From Dictyostelium discoideum (Eukaryota): a DNA stretch of 64,000 bases. The stretch's first letter is position 1, and the number at the start of each line of letters is the position of its first letter. The notes beneath the pieces were generated by a model. It was not told the origin of the DNA and did no database searches. It saw only the letters and a program-made list of their open reading frames with translations. Location of the stretch: positions 2,784,001-2,848,000 of the forward strand of contig CM000153.2 of NCBI GenBank assembly GCA_000004695.1. The letters run 5' to 3'. Both the position numbers and the translations under genes were made by a program. Below, in pieces: positions 57,106 to 64,000 of the stretch.

Positions 57106-60100
57106 ACTCACTCGAAATCCGAAGTTCCGGTTTCTAACTTCATTCAAATAAATTTTTAAAAAAATGAATTTTTTCGATAAACTTAAAGGTGAACTCAACT
57201 TAGGCGAAGAAGAGTTAAATAAAAAAACTATTCAAATAAGGTTATTCTACCCACATACCTTGGAATTAAATAGTAATTCAACAAAATTAATAGATAATTT
57301 CATAGTTAATGGTACTCTTAACATTGTCAGAAGACAAAAGGGTATAACAGTATTCGGTAGAATACTAAAAGAAAAATTCACATTATTACACGAGTGTTAC
57401 AGCACTTTCAAGTATGAAGATTTCCCACTGCAAAAATTCATACTTTACACCCCAGGATATCACTATGTCCACTTTTACACATTTATCTGAAAGAAACACC
57501 TTCATAATCAACTCAAAATCTCTGTTTAAAAAATATAATTCAATCAACCATCAAATAATAGCAGGCGACTTCAATAACAACCACGATTGCAACAGCTTCT
57601 TCGGTACTGAATTACGTAAAATAATAGACCAAGACATGCTACTAGATACTGGTATTGAAGAAAACACTCCAACATTTCCAAGATCAATGAAGAGACTAGA
57701 TAGAATCTACTGTCATCCAACACTACTAAACCAAAATTCAAAACTGGTAGTCCACAACACAGTATTTAACAAATCAGATCACTTTCCCATCACAATCACA
57801 ATACAAACCAACAGAGAAACAACAACAACAACAACAACCAAACTAGAAAGACTCCCTTGGACATTATGTAAAGAAATTCTCAACAACAAACATATACATG
57901 ATGGGTTATCAGAATTAATCAGTAAGAACAAAGATAAGATCAAATCAGTGGAGGAATGGACGAAATTTAAAAATAATGTCATCAGAGATTATTTAAAAAA
58001 AGAACAAAACAAAATAAAGAAAGAAAAGAACAAAAGAAAATACGTAATCCACAAATTACTTGGAAATTGTGATATCATTCCAAAGATGAGAAAAGAACTC
58101 AATGAAGAAATAAGTAGAATATTAGAAGAAGAAAGAAAGGTAAAAGCATGGGATATCAAATTAAAACTCCACCTGCATCAAGAAACACCAAGCAAATACC
58201 TCACAAGTATCCTTAAATCCAGAGCCAAAGATAAATCAATATTCCAAATAAAAGATAAAGATAATAAGACCATATCAGATAAAGAGAACATAGCAAAAAG
58301 ATTTGTTGAATTCTATCAAGATCAATATGAAGAGAAAGAAGATAACGAAGAAACCCACAAGAAGTTATTAGAAAAATGGGAAGTAGACGTTGATTTAATC
58401 AAGAAACTCGAGATAGACAGACCGATAAGAATACATGAAGTGACCAAAGCAATCAAAACTTCAAGTATCCACAAATCTCCAGGTTTAGACGGTATCAATG
58501 CACTATTCTACAAGTACCACATCAACTCAATAGCAAGAATATTGACTATAGCTTTCAACGACCTCCTCACAAATAAGAAAGAAATCCCCACAAAATTCAA
58601 AGAAGGAGTAATAACAACAATATTCAAAAAAGGAGATGAACTAAACATTTCAAATAGAAGACCAATCACCCTTCTCAATACAGATTACAAAATTTTAAGC
58701 AAAATTCTCAACAGTAGATTATTAGATATCACCAGTAAAATTATCAACAAATTTCAAAACGGCTTTGTTCCAAACAGGTTCATCCAAGACAATATTCAGA
58801 TCATGAAGGAAGTAATAGAAATAAGTAACAAAAGAAAGAACAATACACTCATTACCTTTTACGATTTTAACAAAGCATTCGATTCAATCAGCCACAAGAG
58901 TATCACAAGAACATTAGAGCATATTGGTATCCCCCCAAAATTCACAGCGATCCTACTAAACCTACTCAAAGATACTAAAAACAAAATAAAGATCAACGAC
59001 TTTTTAGTCAATGGAATAACAATCAGAAGAGGAACAAAACAAGGAGACCCAATATCACCAACAATCTTTGCTCTAGTTTTAGAACCACTTCTAATAGATA
59101 TCATCAATGATAATACAATCAAAGGCTTCACTCTACCAAATTCCAAATCATTAAAACTCACTGCATTTGCTGACGACATAGCAACATTTACAAACTCCAC
59201 TGAAGAACTAATGAAAATTAATACTAAAATCCAAAAGTACTGCTCAGCAACATCATCATCGTTAAACAAAGAGAAAACAGTAATGATAGCAATAGGAGAT
59301 ATACCACACGATCTACCATTCCAAGAGAGTACAGTCCCAGAAAGATATCTTGGCCTCAATTTCACCAAAACAGGTTTAAATTCAAAATACAACACTTTAA
59401 TCCAAGAAATGAAAAACAATCTAATCAAATGGAAATCACAAGCAATAACGATGAAGGCAAAGATGACAATTCTCAAAACATACGTTCTATCCAAATTAAC
59501 ATACCATCAATACATGGATAATCTAAATGAAGAACAAATTGAGGAAATCAATAACATGACCAGATGGTTCTTATTCTCCTCAGTTAAGAATACATATACA
59601 AAAGAGAGAAAATACAAAACTATGATGAAAATAGACAGAGCATATGCAGATTGGAAAGAAGGAGGCATAAAATTATGGGATATAGAACTAAGACATATAG
59701 CATTCAAAATCTGGTACATGAACAGGCTACTCCATAACAACTACAACAACAACAACAATACCTTACAAGAATGGTACATGGAGCAATTAAGTAGAAAAAA
59801 AGCCCACACTTCAACCCTCAACGATATGTGCAGACACTGGGGTGTATTCAGAGTCAAATTTTACCAAAACCATCCAAAGATAAATGAACTTCCAGACTGT
59901 ATAAGAAACGACAATGACGAACCACTAAAACTAAAAGAAATTTACGAACTCATGATCAAAGACAGACACCCAACACCAAGAAGAACAGAATGGCAGAAGT
60001 TATGGGCGGTGAGATACAACACAGCAATACCCAAAGTATTCATAAACATCAACAGCATTTCTCACCAAAAAGGTAGAAACACCCTCTTCAGATTCTTCTC

Positions 60101-60601
60101 AAGATCACTTCCAGGTATCAACCACGAAAGAGACACCAGATGCAAGATCTGTGGCCACCTATTCAGAGACCCTTATTCTCACCTCTTCACTCTATGCCAA
60201 GATATCCTAGATATTGAAAAAACCATCATATCAACAGTTAACAAATTATCATTCATCAAAATCCACAGATGGTCAATGGATACCTTAGACATATCAAAAT
60301 ACAACAGAACTGAGAGAATCTTCCCCAATCTCATAGGAATAATAGCACACCAATTATGGAAGATAATCTGTCACAAATTGTTCAACACTGATGAAAGCAA
60401 ACCAGAGCCAAAATTCGAGCAAAAGGTCATAGAAACAGAATTACTAAATCTCATCGAAACTGAAAAATTCATCACACTAAAGAAAATCAAACACGACGAA
60501 GCAATACTAAAAAACACCAATCAAGATCTTCACAAATACAAATTCAACAAAGCCTGGCAAACCCCAGTAGTTCCGAACCCTCTTCCAATTTAAGTAGTAG
60601 T

Positions 60602-60628
<27 letters not shown>
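57106..60628 (+). mobile_element. TRE3-type (tRNA-gene-targeted, downstream-inserting) non-LTR retrotransposon, ~3.5 kb, likely 5'-deleted. ORF1 remnant 57164..57490; ORF2 57414..60593 (APE endonuclease + reverse transcriptase); 28-nt poly-A tail 60601..60628.
   Basis: Starts directly downstream of tRNA-Asp in the same orientation. ORF2 has AP-endonuclease motifs (..IIAGDFNNNHD..) and RT motifs (..FYDFNKAFDSISH.., ..FADDIATFT..) and ends in a cysteine/His-rich region. The poly-A terminus is typical of TRE/LINE elements. The antisense ORF 58859..59494 is spurious. Confidence 0.75.
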
Positions 60629-60637
<9 letters not shown>

Positions 60638-61440
60638 GTTAAAAAATTTAATACAATTGAATAATAAAAATAAAATCGTTTAACAAACACCGCCGAAAAG
60701 ACACAAGGACATTCCTTGAAGGTCTGATCACAGGTAAAAAAAAAAAAAAAAATTCAAATAAATTTTATAGGGTATTCCGATTCACTTTGATCCTGATATA
60801 TTTGAGGAGGTAATCAGTGTCGATGGGTGATAAGGTGCTGGTCTATTTGCTTCTTATTCAAACTCAATATCTAAAAATCTAGATGATAATCTTTTTCTTG
60901 AATTGATTTTGCCAACTTTTGTGGAACGGGAAGGATTGAATTTGTTTCTGATGCGTTTATGAATTGGTTAATCACCAGAGTGTTTTCCCTCTGGTCAATG
61001 TTTTTTAAATATTGATTAAGGGAAATAAATAAAACAGTTATTAATAGGTTTATTATGAATTGTTAATTATTTAAAATACAATTATAATTTTAGTTAGGTT
61101 TAAATGCAGATATTATATTAGTTTAGATAATCTAATACAGAATTTTAATCTTTTTTAAAAAAGAAAATGTTATTACTATTATTATAAGTATTCTGATATT
61201 TTTTTTTTTTTTTTTTATACAATTTTAAATTTTAATAAATAAATAATTAAATAATAATTTTTTGGTTAAGGAAATCGTTTGGATCTTTTGAAATATTCTA
61301 TTTAAAAAAGTTTTTTTTTTATTTTTATTTTCAATAGTTAAAGTTTATGATAAATATTAATTAATAAATAGGTTTATTTAATAAATTTTAATTTTTAAAA
61401 TGAAGATATTATTTTAGTTAAGATTTTCCTGTTTTTGTGG

Positions 61441-61640
61441 ATGCATTTTTTTTTTTTTTTTTTTTTGATATAAATAAACTATTGTAGTATACAATTAGTA
61501 TGTTATTTTTATTTATTTATTTTAGGTTTTTTAGTTTTTGTGAATTTAAAATAGTATGTTATTTTAGATTAGGTAATTAATAATTAATTGGTGGTGTAAT
61601 TGTTGGAATTGGTTCATTTGCGTTTATGCTCCATTCTTTT
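61441..61640 (-). repeat. ~200-bp repeat module ending in an oligo-A tail, directly downstream of the inverted tRNA-Asp copy; second copy at 63601..63800 (~97% identical)
   Basis: 61441-61640 and 63601-63800 are near-identical direct repeats. On the minus strand the module starts next to the tRNA 3' flank (AAAAAAGAATGGAGCATAAACGCAAATGAACC..., resembling the 5' start of the TRE element at 57150) and ends in A17 (plus-strand T-run at 61441-61458). Confidence 0.6.
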
Positions 61641-61702
61641 TTAAATTTTTTGGATGCATTTAGAAAATCGGAACTTCGGATTTGTAGGGATTTTTCAAAA
61701 AG

Positions 61703-61774
61703 CTCCCTGTCCGGGAATTGAACCCGGGCCTTTCGCGTGACAGGCGAAAATCCTCACCACTAGACCAACAAGGA
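61703..61774 (-). tRNA. tRNA-Asp (GUC), second copy in inverted orientation
   Basis: The reverse complement is identical to the 57024-57095 gene. ~30 bp of 5' flank and ~55 bp of 3' flank are also duplicated, and the 5' flank+stem fragment (attcaaaaatatccaataatccttgttggt) occurs a third time at 61850-61880. Confidence 0.85.
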
Positions 61775-62033
61775 TTATTGGATATTTTTGAATTTTTTAA
61801 CTCCAAGTGGATTTTTTTGGACAAATGCCTAAAAAATTAAGTGAAAAATTCAAAAATATCCAATAATCCTTGTTGGTATTGTGGATAAAACTTAAACACA
61901 AAAAAAAAAACAATTCAAATATGTCATCAACATCAATCATGAAGCTGATGATAAAATAAAAAAAGATTTAGAAAAAAATTTGGACAAAAAAGATGTTTTA
62001 ATCAAAAGTAATAATACAATTCAAAATTCGAAA

Positions 62034-62061
<28 letters not shown>

Positions 62062-62069
<8 letters not shown>

Positions 62070-62440
62070 CTAACCCCTCTTTTAGAGACCCTGTAAAAAA
62101 AAAAAAAAAAAAAAAACTAAAAATAAAATGAGATCTAGCATCTCAAGGAGAAGCAACTAATAATTGCGTTATCCAATTCAAAAAAAAAAATGGATTTTTT
62201 TTCCTATTAAAAGACTTATAAAACAAATAAATAAATAAATAAATAAACTATTTTAAAAAGCCATCTTTTTACTTTATTGTAATTTATTATTTGTTTCGTT
62301 TTGAAAAAAGTAAACTAACCCTCTTTTAGAGACCCTGTAAAAAACTACAAATAAAATGAGATCTAGCATCTCTAGGAGAAGCAAATAATAATTGCGTTAT
62401 CCAATTCAAAAAAAAAAAATGGATTTTTTTTCTTCAATTT
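62062..62440. repeat. Two direct copies (~145 bp each, 62062-62215 and 62297-62440) of a module (..gtaaactaaccctcttttagagaccctgtaaaaaa..aaataaaatgagatctagcatctc.aggagaagcaa.taataattgcgttatccaattcaaaaaaaaaaatggatttttttt) upstream of the inverted tRNA-Asp. Probably a retroelement (TRE5-type) 5'-module remnant.
   Basis: Direct repeat read from sequence. Position (upstream of a tRNA gene) fits TRE5-type targeting, but I cannot confirm element identity without a repeat library. Confidence 0.4.
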
Positions 62441-62881
62441 AATTAAAAAATCGATTTTTTTTCATTTTTTGTTAATTTTTAATTTTTTTCATTTCCTGCA
62501 TCTTTTTATATTCGACAATACCAAGAATGAATTTTCAAAAATATTTTCTTAAACAACCAATCATGTTTTGGGCATAAAAAAGCTCAATGATTTTACAAAT
62601 TAGTTATAATAAAAATCACAAAGAATGAAATCAGTGATAATGGTGTTGGTGATAATAAAGAGATTAATATAACATTCATATATAAATAATATATAATGAA
62701 CAAGATAAATATTATAACAATTTCTAAATTTAATTTCAAATCAAACAGAATGGCCTACCACGGCAAACTTAATACCTACACTCATTTCCCCGATCCTTAA
62801 TTAATAGTTTTTTTATGGATTTTAATTTTAAAAATTAAGAAGTTATCCCTATTTTAGTATAATTATTATTTTTGATATTAT

Positions 62882-62925
<44 letters not shown>

Positions 62926-63096
62926 TGATTTCTCCTTTAAAGGAAATAAACAATAATTAATAGTTTTATTTAGAGATTTTAACTTTATTTTGTAATTCAG
63001 TTTTTCTATTTTGGTTTGAATTTTAAAAAAAGCAATTTAATTTTAAAATAGTGTTGTTGGTTTTGTTATTATTATTATTTATTTATTTTTTTTTAT

Positions 63097-63160
63097 ATGA
63101 ATTGGTCGAATGAGATGAGATTCGGCAGCACTGATTCTGGAATACAATATACTTTGCAAG
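63097..63160 (-). other. Partial third copy of the 3' ~55 nt of the candidate ncRNA at 9145-9312
   Basis: aatgagatgagattcggcagcactgattctggaatacaatatactttgcaag vs 9169-9222 aatgagattatgttcggagcactgaatctggaatacagtaaagtttgca (~80% identity), then diverges. Confidence 0.3.
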
Positions 63161-64000
63161 TTAGTTTTCTTAGTTTGATTATTTGTAAATGGAAATATTT
63201 TGGGTCGTTAAAATTACTTGGATCTTTTGAAAGAGATAATTTTAAGTCTTTTGTTTTTTTTAAATATTCTAGGATTCCTAGTTTGTACCATTTATTAAGT
63301 AAGATCGAGTATGAGAGGTTTTCATCTTTAGACGGTTAATTGCTATAAAATTGCGTCCAGATGTTAACGAAGTATTCTTATTGGAATCTAAGGTTTGTTT
63401 TTTTTTTTTTTTTACCTAAAAGCGGTGTATTGTTATATTTTATTACATTTTTAAATTTTTAGATTTTTAAATTTTTAAATTTTTATATTGTTATATGTTG
63501 ATATTTTTGGTTATATTATGATTACTACTACTTGTTTTTTGAATCTAAGGTTTGTGCATATAGAAACACTAAAAAATTAAAATTTAATTTACCAATTAGA
63601 TTTTTTTTTTTTTTTTTTTGATATAAATAAACTATTGTAGTATACAATTAGTATGTTATTTTTATTTATTTATTTTAGGTTTTTTAGTTTTTGTGAATTT
63701 AAAATAGTATGTTATTTTAGATTAGGTAATTAATAATTAATTGGTGGTGTAATTGTTGGAATTGGTTCATTAGTGTTTATGCTCCATTCTTTTTTAAATT
63801 TTTTGATGGTTTCGGACCATTGGGTTTCTTTTTGAGTTTTTGTGAGGTTGTTTTTAATTGAGAATTGGTTAAAGTTTGATAACCTTCTTGAATATTCCAA
63901 TCTTATTAGCTTGTGCCATTTTGATTTTAATATATCATAATCTAGNNNNNNNNNNNNNNNNNNNNNNNNNNNNNNNNNNNNNNNNNNNNNNNNNNNNNNN

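Noticed and set aside
58859-59740. Minus-strand ORFs inside the retrotransposon (58859..59494, 59507..59740)
   Set aside because: Antisense to the RT-encoding ORF2 and hydrophobic/low complexity; spurious.
63097-63339. ORF 63097..63339 (80 aa)
   Set aside because: Overlaps the partial ncRNA-like repeat and has no homology or start context; more likely non-coding repeat sequence.
63946-64000. Run of N at window end
   Set aside because: Assembly gap, not biology; repeat structure next to it (63601-63800) may be affected by collapse.

Overview
This window is AT-rich (~75-80% A+T), gene-dense nuclear DNA with the hallmarks of a dictyostelid social amoeba, most likely Dictyostelium discoideum. 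The evidence is short AT-rich introns with GTAAGT/GTATGT donors and (T/A)nAG acceptors; long (ATT/AAT)n and (CAA)n tracts translated as poly-Asn and poly-Gln inside genes; FNIP-repeat proteins; DUSE boxes upstream of small RNA genes; and a tRNA gene with a TRE-type non-LTR retrotransposon beside it. The final ~40 nt are N's, an assembly gap. I built spliced gene models by hand from the six-frame track plus splice-site and homology reasoning. The ORF track treats GTG and TTG as start codons, so several listed starts are not real. Recognisable genes: a BAR-SH3 (Rvs167/amphiphysin-like) protein, a tandem-repeat protein of unknown fold, an FNIP-repeat protein, two tandem AIF/AMID-like FAD oxidoreductases, a PRA1/ARL6IP5-like protein, a TPT/nucleotide-sugar transporter, U2AF35, a rhodanese-domain protein, uroporphyrinogen-III synthase with a ~50-Asn insertion, a myristoylated TPR protein, a very large low-complexity CARMIL-like LRR protein, IBA57/CAF17, a ~1020-aa type I membrane glycoprotein, a 2-RRM PTB-like protein, a GNAT-like protein, a tandem family of SAP-motif proteins (two intact, one pseudogene), NDUFB9, three tandem aldo-keto reductases, sideroflexin, an SDR and a poly-N/poly-Q protein. 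Most interesting non-coding content: (i) a ~2.2 kb island between the two AIF paralogs holding three Class I RNA-type small RNA genes (CCTTACAGCAA motif, terminal stem, T-run terminator, DUSE upstream), plus an inverted pair of longer candidate ncRNA genes, one of which begins exactly ~60 nt downstream of a DUSE box; (ii) a tRNA-Asp(GUC) gene present twice in inverted orientation, with a TRE3-type retrotransposon (APE endonuclease + RT ORF2, poly-A tail) directly downstream of one copy and poly-A-terminated ~200-bp repeat modules near the other. Nothing prokaryotic (CRISPR, operons) is present.
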